Source: a virus (taxonomy: Duplodnaviria; Caudoviricetes). From it: a stretch of 61,847 nucleotides of DNA. The stretch is taken from positions 1-61,847 of IMG/VR virus record IMGVR_UViG_3300014913_000013. One strand, written 5' to 3'. Positions 31,506 through 40,272 of this stretch are shown here, piece by piece (within the stretch, counting starts at the first letter, position 1; each line of letters begins with the position of its first letter). The position numbers and the translations under genes were made by a program. Below the pieces are notes generated by a model. The model was not told the DNA's origin and made no database searches. It saw only the letters and a list, made by a program, of their open reading frames with translations.

Positions 31506-31883
31506 ATGAGTGATTTATTTGAACAAATAAATGATGTATGGAGTAGTAGTGGTTCTATAACTACCAAAACCAAACCTAACTCTGTATACATGACAAACAG
31601 ATTCTTGTCACTAGATATAAATGGGTTTTTGGCAGCAAGTGATTGTAATAGGATGCATGGTTTACCAGAATGGGCTGCACTCCCATTCCTAAAATGCTCT
31701 ACACCAACAATGGCCCCACCTAGGAATAAGTACCCAAAGAAGTTAGTACAAGAAAAGAAATTATCAGATAAAAAGAAGTTAACCTTAAAAAGAATATGTA
31801 GAAAGTTCAATGTATCTGAATTTCACGGTAAGCAAATAGTACAGCTTCTTGAAATGCAAGGTTTTTCACTTGATGCCAATTAA
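31506..31883 (+). CDS. putative clamp loader small subunit (gp62-like)
   Basis: size, YMTNRFLS motif, position after gp44-like gene. Confidence 0.5.
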   Translation: MSDLFEQINDVWSSSGSITTKTKPNSVYMTNRFLSLDINGFLAASDCNRMHGLPEWAALPFLKCSTPTMAPPRNKYPKKLVQEKKLSDKKKLTLKRICRKFNVSEFHGKQIVQLLEMQGFSLDAN

Positions 31884-31887
31884 ATAG

Positions 31888-31916
31888 TTGACAGGTTAAT
31901 AAAAATATAGTATATA
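31888..31916 (+). promoter_or_regulatory. promoter driving the ncRNA array
   Basis: TTGACA-N17-TATATA. Confidence 0.85.
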
Positions 31917-31935
31917 TACCATTAATAAATGAAAA

Positions 31936-31991
31936 GGGCATAAACGGTTCCTTAAAAAATATACTTTAGATATATAAAATACCGTTCGCCC
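31936..31991 (+). ncRNA. bulged-stem RNA unit 1 (Y-RNA-like candidate)
   Basis: GGGC-ATA-AACGGT-TCCTTA...AT-ACCGTT-C-GCCC. Confidence 0.7.
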
Positions 31992-31998
31992 ATATAAC

Positions 31999-32118
31999 AG
32001 GGGTGTAGCTCAGTCAGGGAGAGCGCCGTTATATACTTCTGGCCTTACAGCAAAAGGAGTTCCTTTTAATAGCTTTGGGAGCCGGAGGTCGCTGGTTCGA
32101 ATCCAGCCGCCCCTGCCA
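31999..32118 (+). tRNA. tRNA-Pro(UGG)-like RNA with a 43-nt insertion in the anticodon stem
   Basis: intact acceptor, D and T arms and CCA; CCG|insert 32029-32071|GC-TTTGGGA-GCCGG. Confidence 0.75.
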
Positions 32119-32128
32119 GTAGTTTGAT

Positions 32129-32246
32129 AGGCATAGATGGTTCCTTAACTATCTAGAAGGTAGCTCAATGGTTAGAGCAATCTGGTCTATGCCAGATGGT
32201 TGTAGGTTCAAATCCTACCCTTCTAACCAGCGTATACCATCCGCCT
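32129..32246 (+). ncRNA. bulged-stem RNA unit 2, enclosing a tRNA-like domain
   Basis: AGGC-ATA-GATGGT-TCCTTA...AT-ACCATC-C-GCCT. Confidence 0.7.
32154..32229 (+). tRNA. tRNA-like element with non-canonical anticodon loop (contains CUA)
   Basis: TAGAAGG/CCTTCTA acceptor, D arm, GGTTCAAATCC T arm, ACCA; anticodon loop 6 or 8 nt. Confidence 0.7.
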
Positions 32247-32323
32247 TATTTATTACTGTTTCTTACTTGGTAGTATATTGTGACTGGTTAGACTACTTGA
32301 AATTAAGTACAAAAGCTAAACTT

Positions 32324-32378
32324 AGGCATAGGTGGTTCCTTATTAGGTAGTCCTATAACCTAAAAATACCATCCGCCT
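32324..32378 (+). ncRNA. bulged-stem RNA unit 3
   Basis: AGGC-ATA-GGTGGT-TCCTTA...AT-ACCATC-C-GCCT. Confidence 0.7.
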
Positions 32379-32389
32379 TATTTATTAAC

Positions 32390-32465
32390 GGCATAAGCGG
32401 TTCCTTATTAATCCCTAAAAAGGATACGTGGTGGCTACCCATGCCCCATGTTAATACCGCTCGCC
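32390..32465 (+). ncRNA. bulged-stem RNA unit 4
   Basis: GGC-ATA-AGCGGT-TCCTTA...AT-ACCGCT-C-GCC. Confidence 0.7.
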
Positions 32466-32485
32466 ACTTTATAGGAGAATTAAAA

Positions 32486-34399
32486 ATGAATAAAGAAGTT
32501 GTACGTGCATCATTGCGGTTATTTAATGCTGTACAGATCAAAGAAGATGCCATAAAGGATGAAAAAATAAATGATACTTTGCTAGAAAGAACTGTGCCTA
32601 ATGGGTACATACTTAATCCCTACATATTTGCCACTACTGAATTACTAAATATTATAGAGGATGTAGTTGGAATATCTGGTGAAAAAGCCAACTCTTCTTT
32701 TCATAAATCATGGGCTGTTGTACGTGATTCTAGCATGGAAGAATTAGTCATGCATCAAATTGTACACTACATAACTACCTATGGATTTGAGGCCCTTGGT
32801 ATTTATAATGAATCTACTGTATACATCCCTAATGAAAAATTAGAATTACCTGAACTACGTGATGGTGGAATTCCTTTGACTGTTATCAAAGCATTTACTG
32901 GGAATGACATGATAACATCAATAATAAAATTGGGGTCTTCTGGTATTGCTTTACATGAAGAAATACTAGATGATATTATGACTATCATCGAGCATAATAA
33001 GTGGGATAGCAAATATTTTATAAATGATATCCAAAACAGGGAACTTAAAACACGCCTGCTTGATTTTTATGGTGTGGTTCCATCTGAACCTGTAGAATTT
33101 TTACGTCATGTTATCAGCAAGCTCACAGATGAATCATTGTTAATTAAGAACTTTGCATTAATAGAGAAAATAAAAGCTTCTAATGGTAAATTCTGTGATG
33201 AACTTATGAAACAGGCTCCGCCTGATCTTGCATCAATATTCTTGAGGTACAAACCTATATTTCTAGCCTTACGTTCTATATCCAAAAACAAAGGGGTATT
33301 TAATAAACTACGAAGGCAGGCTGTTACTATGCACAAGCCTCTGCCTGAAGATTACCTTAATAATGTCACAGGTAGGTTGAAAGAGGGCACATTAGACATT
33401 AAAAAACTGCAAGATAAACTAGAAAAGGCCCCTATATTTAGGAAGATACGCCTTGCTTATGCTTTACGTCATAGAATGGAAGTACAGAGTACTTCAGAAT
33501 CTATTGTGTATCAAGTACGTAATGGTAAAGGATGGTCTACTACTTTTAATTGGGGAGTACCTAAACAAAAGACTGATGAAGTATTTAGAGCGGTGATGTC
33601 CTCTATAATGCTAGATATCAGCAAAAATGTTAAAGATAAAATTATCTATATACCTGAAGGGGTGTACTACTCAATACCGGCTACTGAGAAACAGTTTACT
33701 GGAAATATACCTTCTGGTAGTTATGTATCTGTGCCTGAAGATTTAGTAGTTGGAGTGCAGTGGAAGAATCAGAATGGATATAGAGTAGATTTGGATCTAG
33801 CTTCTATAAGTGTAGAAGGTAAAATAGGGTGGGACAGTTCTTATCGCAGTGTCTCACATAATGTGCTATTTTCTGGGGATGTCACAGATGCACGTGGTAG
33901 AAATGGTGCCTCAGAATTATTTTACTTTTCAGGTTCTAAACCGTACAGCCCTATGCTGATTACTTTGAATTACTATAATTTTGATTCAGATGTGCCTGTA
34001 CCTACTAAATTATTTGCCGCATCAGAAAGAATAAGCAATATGAAAAGAAACTATATGGTGGATGTTAATAACATAGTTTTTTCTTCATTAATAACTGTAA
34101 ACAAGAAGCAAAATTTCTTGGGTTTATACATGCACAATGAAGGTGAAAACAGATTTTACTTTTATCATACCTCTATTGGTGGGGGTATATCTTCTAGGTA
34201 TGACAGTAACACTATAAGAACCCGTGAGTTCTTAGAGACAAAAATGGCATCTCCTATAATTCTTAACGAAGTATTAGAATCAGCAGGGGCTATAGTAATC
34301 ACTGATAAAAAGGAGATATTAGAGGATAACTATATTGACTTATCTCCAGAGAATATTGACAAAAATAGTTTTATAGATATATTGGTAGGGGAAATGTAA
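32486..34399 (+). CDS. helical (ROT/TROVE-like) repeat + C-terminal TerD-like domain protein
   Basis: AGGAG RBS before ATG 32486; HQIVHYITTYG; TerD-like VDLDLAS...IGWDS...LFSGDVTDA...GASE. Confidence 0.65.
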   Translation: MNKEVVRASLRLFNAVQIKEDAIKDEKINDTLLERTVPNGYILNPYIFATTELLNIIEDVVGISGEKANSSFHKSWAVVRDSSMEELVMHQIVHYITTYGFEALGIYNESTVYIPNEKLELPELRDGGIPLTVIKAFTGNDMITSIIKLGSSGIALHEEILDDIMTIIEHNKWDSKYFINDIQNRELKTRLLDFYGVVPSEPVEFLRHVISKLTDESLLIKNFALIEKIKASNGKFCDELMKQAPPDLASIFLRYKPIFLALRSISKNKGVFNKLRRQAVTMHKPLPEDYLNNVTGRLKEGTLDIKKLQDKLEKAPIFRKIRLAYALRHRMEVQSTSESIVYQVRNGKGWSTTFNWGVPKQKTDEVFRAVMSSIMLDISKNVKDKIIYIPEGVYYSIPATEKQFTGNIPSGSYVSVPEDLVVGVQWKNQNGYRVDLDLASISVEGKIGWDSSYRSVSHNVLFSGDVTDARGRNGASELFYFSGSKPYSPMLITLNYYNFDSDVPVPTKLFAASERISNMKRNYMVDVNNIVFSSLITVNKKQNFLGLYMHNEGENRFYFYHTSIGGGISSRYDSNTIRTREFLETKMASPIILNEVLESAGAIVITDKKEILEDNYIDLSPENIDKNSFIDILVGEM

Positions 34400-34986
34400 T
34401 GAGTTTTTTTGACAAACAGAAAAAGTCTAAATCCAAGAAGTTTGAAAAAGCTACTGAAGGGATGACTAAAGAAGAAATACGTGAAGCTGAACTGTGTTTA
34501 CTTAAACCAGAACCTATACCACCGTATGATGGTGAACAACCAAAACATAAGAGCGAATTATCTTCTAGAACTGCTTTAATAGTTTTTAAGGATAAGGCAC
34601 AACAAGATTTAATAGGGGAAATATTCCATATACGCACATCTATCAATGGCACTACGTATATCACAGATATTTCCCTATTAGAAAACATAGCAAAAATGGT
34701 AAAGGAGGATGTATATTCTATTGTAGATGGTAAGATAGTTGAAATAGCCCCACTTGAATCTGGTGAATGTCAATCAGATTATGAGTTTGTGCCACTTAGT
34801 ACTGAACAAGAACAGTCATTAAAAAAGAAAGCTAGAAAAAAATACAAAAAAATACTAAATACTAATGATGCCAAAGCTATGAAAAAATTTATGTCTAAAC
34901 ATTTTCCTGATATACATGAAACAGTACCAGAATCAGAGGTGGAAGTACTAGAGGAAAAGGTTATTCGTAAAAGGAGAAAATTATAA
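34399..34986 (+). CDS. hypothetical protein
   Basis: TAATG-coupled ORF. Confidence 0.7.
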   Translation: MSFFDKQKKSKSKKFEKATEGMTKEEIREAELCLLKPEPIPPYDGEQPKHKSELSSRTALIVFKDKAQQDLIGEIFHIRTSINGTTYITDISLLENIAKMVKEDVYSIVDGKIVEIAPLESGECQSDYEFVPLSTEQEQSLKKKARKKYKKILNTNDAKAMKKFMSKHFPDIHETVPESEVEVLEEKVIRKRRKL

Positions 34987-35333
34987 TGATAAAATGGTTC
35001 AAGACATTATTTAGTATGGTGTCTGACTATATATGGCTGTGCAAACGTATAGAAAGTGTAGAGAATGACTTGGTTTATTTACAAAATGAACTGAGACACC
35101 GCACAGAAGTACATCTTGACATACATCATATTAGTAAATTTCCAACATCAGTAATAGTTATTGGTAGATATCGCAATAGGGACTATGTAAAGACATTTAA
35201 TTTCACTCATGAAGGTATGGGAGAACTTCTTCATATAATGCGTAGTTTAGAACGTCAATATGGGCATATTAAATATGTAGACTGCCCCCCATTATTTGAT
35301 GCTACCATTGAAAAATATACTAAAGAGTACTAA
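34986..35333 (+). CDS. hypothetical protein
   Basis: TAATG-coupled ORF. Confidence 0.65.
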   Translation: MIKWFKTLFSMVSDYIWLCKRIESVENDLVYLQNELRHRTEVHLDIHHISKFPTSVIVIGRYRNRDYVKTFNFTHEGMGELLHIMRSLERQYGHIKYVDCPPLFDATIEKYTKEY

Positions 35334-38300
35334 ATGAAAAAATTACCTGATACTTTACCCTCATACTACAGCCCAAGAATTTCAAGTGAATTACCTGATT
35401 GTTCAAGCCCACTAACTTTTGATACGTACAGCAGATGCTCAATGCGCTGCCAATATTGCGTACCTAAAGGTTCTGGAATAACAATGGCAGACGGCACTAT
35501 CAAAAAAGTAGAGGAAGTAATAGTTGGCGATATTCTTCTTGGGTACAATGAAAAAACCAAGAAACCGGAAGCCACTGTAGTAAAACAATGTATGAAACAT
35601 ACAGAAAGTATGTATGCAACATTCGTCTTTTCTGGTAATGGGGGTTCTTTTAGCACCACATTAAACCACCCTATTTTTACAAAGGAACAAGGTTGGATTG
35701 ATGCTAGATACGTAAAAAAGGGTATGCATGTACTACGGCATAATAAATTCGCACCTGAAATTACAGAATCTAGGTTTATTGAATTAATCTTTCATAAAAA
35801 AGTACCAAAAGGTGCTTTTTCTGAGAATAAACAATTATACCCTATATGGAACCAAATGGTGCAAAGATGCCATAATCCAAATGCCCATAATTTTAAATAT
35901 TATGGACTACGTGGTGTACAAGTTTGTAAAGAATGGAGATATGACCCCAGACCTTTTTATAAATGGGCTGAAAAACAAGGGTACAGAAAAAGATTAGAAT
36001 TAGATCGTATAAGTACTAATGGTGATTATACGCCATCTAATTGTAGGTGGGTGACACATAAAGAAAATTCATCTAATAGAAATAAGAATGGTAAGGATAA
36101 TAAAACTGGATATACTGGTATATACCAAAAAAACGGCAGATTTTACATTAGAAAACATGGCAAAAATAGGTCGTATACACTTCCAGAACAAGCAGCCATA
36201 TTGTACGATAGAAAAGTAAAACCTGTTAATTTTGAAAGGATCCCATTTGCTGAATTTAGATGGGAGAAAATTAAATATGTAAGAACACATTATAAAACAA
36301 TACAAGTACATAATTTCGAGTGCTGGCCTAATAATGATTATTGTACACAAAATAAGCGCAACACAAGAAAGTTTGAATTACATCATGGAGTTGTAGTGTC
36401 TAATTGTTTCTCACACTCTCAAAAGGATGTGAATCCTGGCACTAAAGATGCCCCATTACAGAGTGTAGATGTAGATAAACTATTTAAAATGATTGATGGT
36501 ACTTCTAAAACCAAAGAAGCTCAGTTATTTTATAAGTATTTCTTTAAGGATAAATTTCTATTCCATTGGGGTGGGTTAGCAGATAGTTTTTGTCACTATG
36601 AAAGAAAGTATGGCACTTCTTACGAAATATTAAAGGGTTTATTAGAAAGAAAGTACCCACTCATGTTCAGTTCTAAAGGCCCTGCTATAACTGATGATAA
36701 ATATATTCAGTTATTTGAGCAGTACGCTTATCAGAATACTGTTGCATTCCAATTCAGCATAGTAACAGCAGATGACAGTTTAGCAAAAAAAGTAGAACCA
36801 GGAGTACCCAGTCCCACAGAACGATTAGAATACATGAAGATGCTTAGTGATATGGGGTACTGGTGTTTAGATAAGGATACAGAGATTTTCCATAAAACTG
36901 AAAATTCTCCATATGTTAGGAAATCTACACTACAACGTGTATATAAAACTGGAAATACTATACAAGTGAACTGTAATGGGAAATGGAAAGAAGCGTACCC
37001 CATGCGTATAGAATATAGTGGTTATTGGTATAAAGTAACACTGCGCAATGGTGCTGAAATAATACAAATAGACAAGCACGAGAATTTCACAGACAGTGGC
37101 ATTAAAAAAGGGGAAAACCTCAAAGTTGGTGACAGATTATTAGTATCTACAAAACCTATGAATTGGGATTGCTCCAGGGGTACATTTGATCTTGGAAGAT
37201 TTGTGGGTTTGTGGGTAGCAGAAGGGTGTTACATAGGAAGTAAACAGGGCTTTAAATTTACCTATGGCACACACGAGGAAGAATACATACAGTTCACCAG
37301 ACAGTTTGCAGAGAAATTAGGAGGGGCTGTCCACATTCAGCATAATGGTAGTTGGACAGATGTGATTGTGTATTCCAATTATATAAAAACATTGCTGGAC
37401 TCTTTTATTATTAGAGGACGTACCTGTGATACTATAACACTAGATGATGTATGTCATTCAATGTCCAAAGATTTTAAAATAGGACTGCTTGCTGGATGGG
37501 AGGAAGGAGACGGGAATGATAAACGCCAGATTGGATCAACATCTATACAACTTATAAAGGATATGTTTGTCCTTGCTAATTCTATAGGAGTTAAGTGTAG
37601 TATGCCCTCTCCCACTATATTGCAGGTGTGTGATATACTTACTAAGAATGCCAAAGTCTACAAATTTAACCCTAATACAAGCCCATACAGTAGAAAAATG
37701 TACTCCGAAGTGGTATCTATAGAAAAGTACAAACGCCCAAGAATAAAATATGCCTACTGCTTAGAAGTCCCAGAAGGGAATTCCTTTGAGCTAACCAATG
37801 GAATAGTAACGCATAACTGCGTGCTGCGACTACGCCCATTCATTATAGGTGTTACAGATGAAACCCTGCCAGAGCTATTACAAAAAGCGTATGAATCTGG
37901 TGCAAAGGCTATAAGCACAGAATTCTACGCATTAGATCATAGGTGTGTTGGTAGTATGAGAAAAGCTACCAACAGAATGGGAGAATTGATGGGCATAAAG
38001 GACATATTTACGTATTTCACAAAGCTCTCACCAAAAGAACGTGGTGGGTATAATAGATTAAATAGGCTCATAAAGGAACCCTACGTAAAATATATGTATA
38101 CATTTTGCCAAGAGCACGATATGGTATTTGCATGTAGTGACCCAGATTACAAAGAACTATGTTCAGGCACAGCTAATTGCTGTGGACTCCCACCAAAAGG
38201 GTACCACCCAACCAGAGATTTGAATAACTGGTCATCTAATCAACTTACCAGTTACGTTATGGAAGCCAGGATAGATTATCACAAAACTGGTAAGTTAAGA

Positions 38301-38699
38301 ATATTTAAATTTGATGAAGTGTACGGCACACCTGATTGGATATTTGATGATATAGCATTAAGCCATCAAGATATAGGGTGTACTAAATATCCATACGCTA
38401 TGCGTAAACAATTAACACTAAAACATTTGTTACAAGAAAAATGGAACAACCTTAAATCATATGCTAATCCACGTAATTATTTACATGGTAAAATAGTGCC
38501 AATAGGTGTAGATAATTCTGATAATATGTTATATAGATATAATCCAAGTGCATATGAAGAAGTGTGGACAAATGATGGTGTAGACTTGTCGTGGGATTGG
38601 AGAGATACACACACAAAATATTACGATATAAATATGTGGGGCAATGATAATATAAAATTGGATAATTGTGAGGAGTGTGCCAATGATACGAGAATTTAA
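35334..38699 (+). CDS. radical SAM protein (spore photoproduct lyase-like) with two inteins; 487 aa when spliced
   Basis: DTYSRCSMRCQY|CF gives CxxxCxxC after splicing; VEPGVPSPTERL; LRLRPFIIG. Confidence 0.85.
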   Translation: MKKLPDTLPSYYSPRISSELPDCSSPLTFDTYSRCSMRCQYCVPKGSGITMADGTIKKVEEVIVGDILLGYNEKTKKPEATVVKQCMKHTESMYATFVFSGNGGSFSTTLNHPIFTKEQGWIDARYVKKGMHVLRHNKFAPEITESRFIELIFHKKVPKGAFSENKQLYPIWNQMVQRCHNPNAHNFKYYGLRGVQVCKEWRYDPRPFYKWAEKQGYRKRLELDRISTNGDYTPSNCRWVTHKENSSNRNKNGKDNKTGYTGIYQKNGRFYIRKHGKNRSYTLPEQAAILYDRKVKPVNFERIPFAEFRWEKIKYVRTHYKTIQVHNFECWPNNDYCTQNKRNTRKFELHHGVVVSNCFSHSQKDVNPGTKDAPLQSVDVDKLFKMIDGTSKTKEAQLFYKYFFKDKFLFHWGGLADSFCHYERKYGTSYEILKGLLERKYPLMFSSKGPAITDDKYIQLFEQYAYQNTVAFQFSIVTADDSLAKKVEPGVPSPTERLEYMKMLSDMGYWCLDKDTEIFHKTENSPYVRKSTLQRVYKTGNTIQVNCNGKWKEAYPMRIEYSGYWYKVTLRNGAEIIQIDKHENFTDSGIKKGENLKVGDRLLVSTKPMNWDCSRGTFDLGRFVGLWVAEGCYIGSKQGFKFTYGTHEEEYIQFTRQFAEKLGGAVHIQHNGSWTDVIVYSNYIKTLLDSFIIRGRTCDTITLDDVCHSMSKDFKIGLLAGWEEGDGNDKRQIGSTSIQLIKDMFVLANSIGVKCSMPSPTILQVCDILTKNAKVYKFNPNTSPYSRKMYSEVVSIEKYKRPRIKYAYCLEVPEGNSFELTNGIVTHNCVLRLRPFIIGVTDETLPELLQKAYESGAKAISTEFYALDHRCVGSMRKATNRMGELMGIKDIFTYFTKLSPKERGGYNRLNRLIKEPYVKYMYTFCQEHDMVFACSDPDYKELCSGTANCCGLPPKGYHPTRDLNNWSSNQLTSYVMEARIDYHKTGKLRIFKFDEVYGTPDWIFDDIALSHQDIGCTKYPYAMRKQLTLKHLLQEKWNNLKSYANPRNYLHGKIVPIGVDNSDNMLYRYNPSAYEEVWTNDGVDLSWDWRDTHTKYYDINMWGNDNIKLDNCEECANDTRI
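35457..36404 (+). mobile_element. intein (316 aa) with HNH/AP2-type homing endonuclease
   Basis: CVPKGS start, TLNHPIF block B, LDRISTNGDYTPSNCRW, ends VVSN|C. Confidence 0.88.
36864..37817 (+). mobile_element. intein (318 aa) with LAGLIDADG endonuclease
   Basis: CLDKDT start, VGLWVAEG and LAGWEEGDG motifs, ends NGIVTHN|C. Confidence 0.92.
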
Positions 38700-39452
38700 A
38701 AACCCAGAATACGTACAAATAACTGTTGTGCTGAGGGATGGATATGTATATGAACGTAAAGATATACCTGAAGCTCCTCTTGGAGACGGTGAAAAATACG
38801 TTTCTTTTTGGGATGATGATCATATAAAAATAATTCCACTTGACCTAGTAGATCATATAAAATTACACGAAAATTCTGTGTAATATTAAATTGGGGGCAG
38901 TGATGTATTATTGTTTTTTTGTGTTTAATGGACTTACTTATAAAACAAAGGCAAAAGAAATTAGTGTATTTCAGCATGGTTTCTGGGTGACTAGTCTATT
39001 GGAGTATACTAATGGGTCTGATTGTGCTTATTGGATACCACCAAGTAAGATAGAATATATAGAAAAGGTATAATATGGACTGTGCATGTACAGTAGAAGT
39101 ATACATAGATGATCACTGTGAATCTTTATCTAATAAATTTGTGAAAGCCCGTAAGGAACATAAGTGCACTGAATGTCGTAGGGTGATAGCAATAGGTGAA
39201 GAATACTTTAGGGAAGTAACTTCTTATGAAAACAGTATATCTACGTATAAAACGTGTGAGGATTGTTACTCTATAAGACAGGTATTTTTTAGTAGTGGCT
39301 GGTGTTATGGAGAAGTTAGGGAAAACATGGAAGAATTCATATGGGATTGTAATGGAGATGTTTCTGTATCTTGTATTTTAATGCTAACCAAACCTGCTAG
39401 AGATTGGGTATTAGATATAATAGAAGAGGTGTACAATAATTATGAAGATTAA
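38683..39452 (+). other. short hypothetical CDS (38683-38883, about 38900-39073, 39075-39452 Cys-rich)
   Basis: packed ORFs; KARKEHKCTEC...CEDC motif in 39075-39452. Confidence 0.65.
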
Positions 39453-40272
39453 GGATACTATTATAATCATTAATTCAAGTAACAGGGCAGACAAAGTAGT
39501 TACGCACAAGATGTTCAAAAATGTTGAGATGGAATGGTTGTATGCTGTACCAGTAGAGCAACATACACAATATTTAAATAACCCTAATATTTCTGATCAT
39601 ATTATTACCATACCTGAAGAAGTGCCACAATTTTTATCATCTCAGCGTCAATGGGTTATGGAAAATTTCACTAAAGAAGGATATAAGTACGTATGGTTTA
39701 TGGATGATGACCTTACCTTCTTTAGAAGAGTTGATATGAGACTCAAGAAATGCAAAAAGAAGCATGTAGCAAAAATGGTAAATGAGGTACGTAAACACCT
39801 AACAGAAATGCCAGTAGTAGCCATCTCAACTAGGCTTGGAAATAATAGGGTAGTGGAAGACTATGATGAAACTAATCGGATTACTCGTTGTTACGCTATG
39901 AGTACAAAAGCATTTGTAGATGTTGGTGCTACCTTTGCTCCATTTGAACCATTCTTGGCACAAGATTTTCATATTAACTTATGCTTCCTTAATAAAGGGT
40001 ATAATAATCGTATACTGTATACATATGCTCAAGAAGATATTGGTAGTAATGCAGAAGGTGGATGCAGTGTATATAGAAATCAGGAATTACAAAAGAGAGT
40101 ATCCTTTTGGATGGCTGATAATCACCCAGAAGTTACTGTAAAAGTAAAATCTAGTAAAAATTGGAAGGGATACAAAGGGGCACGTGTAGATATGGTGGTG
40201 CAATGGAAAAAAGCGTACAAGCCAGTAAAGAAAAGAACTAGGGGGGGCCTTAGAAGGTTACTTAATAAATGA
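39442..40272 (+). CDS. GT-A glycosyltransferase (TET-associated/GREB1-like, probable DNA-base modifier)
   Basis: SSNRA, RQWVM, WFMDDDL, QDF, NAEGGCS motifs. Confidence 0.72.
   Translation: MKIKDTIIIINSSNRADKVVTHKMFKNVEMEWLYAVPVEQHTQYLNNPNISDHIITIPEEVPQFLSSQRQWVMENFTKEGYKYVWFMDDDLTFFRRVDMRLKKCKKKHVAKMVNEVRKHLTEMPVVAISTRLGNNRVVEDYDETNRITRCYAMSTKAFVDVGATFAPFEPFLAQDFHINLCFLNKGYNNRILYTYAQEDIGSNAEGGCSVYRNQELQKRVSFWMADNHPEVTVKVKSSKNWKGYKGARVDMVVQWKKAYKPVKKRTRGGLRRLLNK

Noticed and set aside
31936-32465. CRISPR or TIGR-type guide array
   Set aside because: Repeats are two complementary half-motifs with covariation, inserts vary from 23 to 86 nt and are structured, and no cas or Nop-domain gene is recognisable.
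32168-32485. ORF 32168-32350 and the 32441 start of the large gene
   Set aside because: They overlap structured RNA units; the RBS supports ATG 32486.
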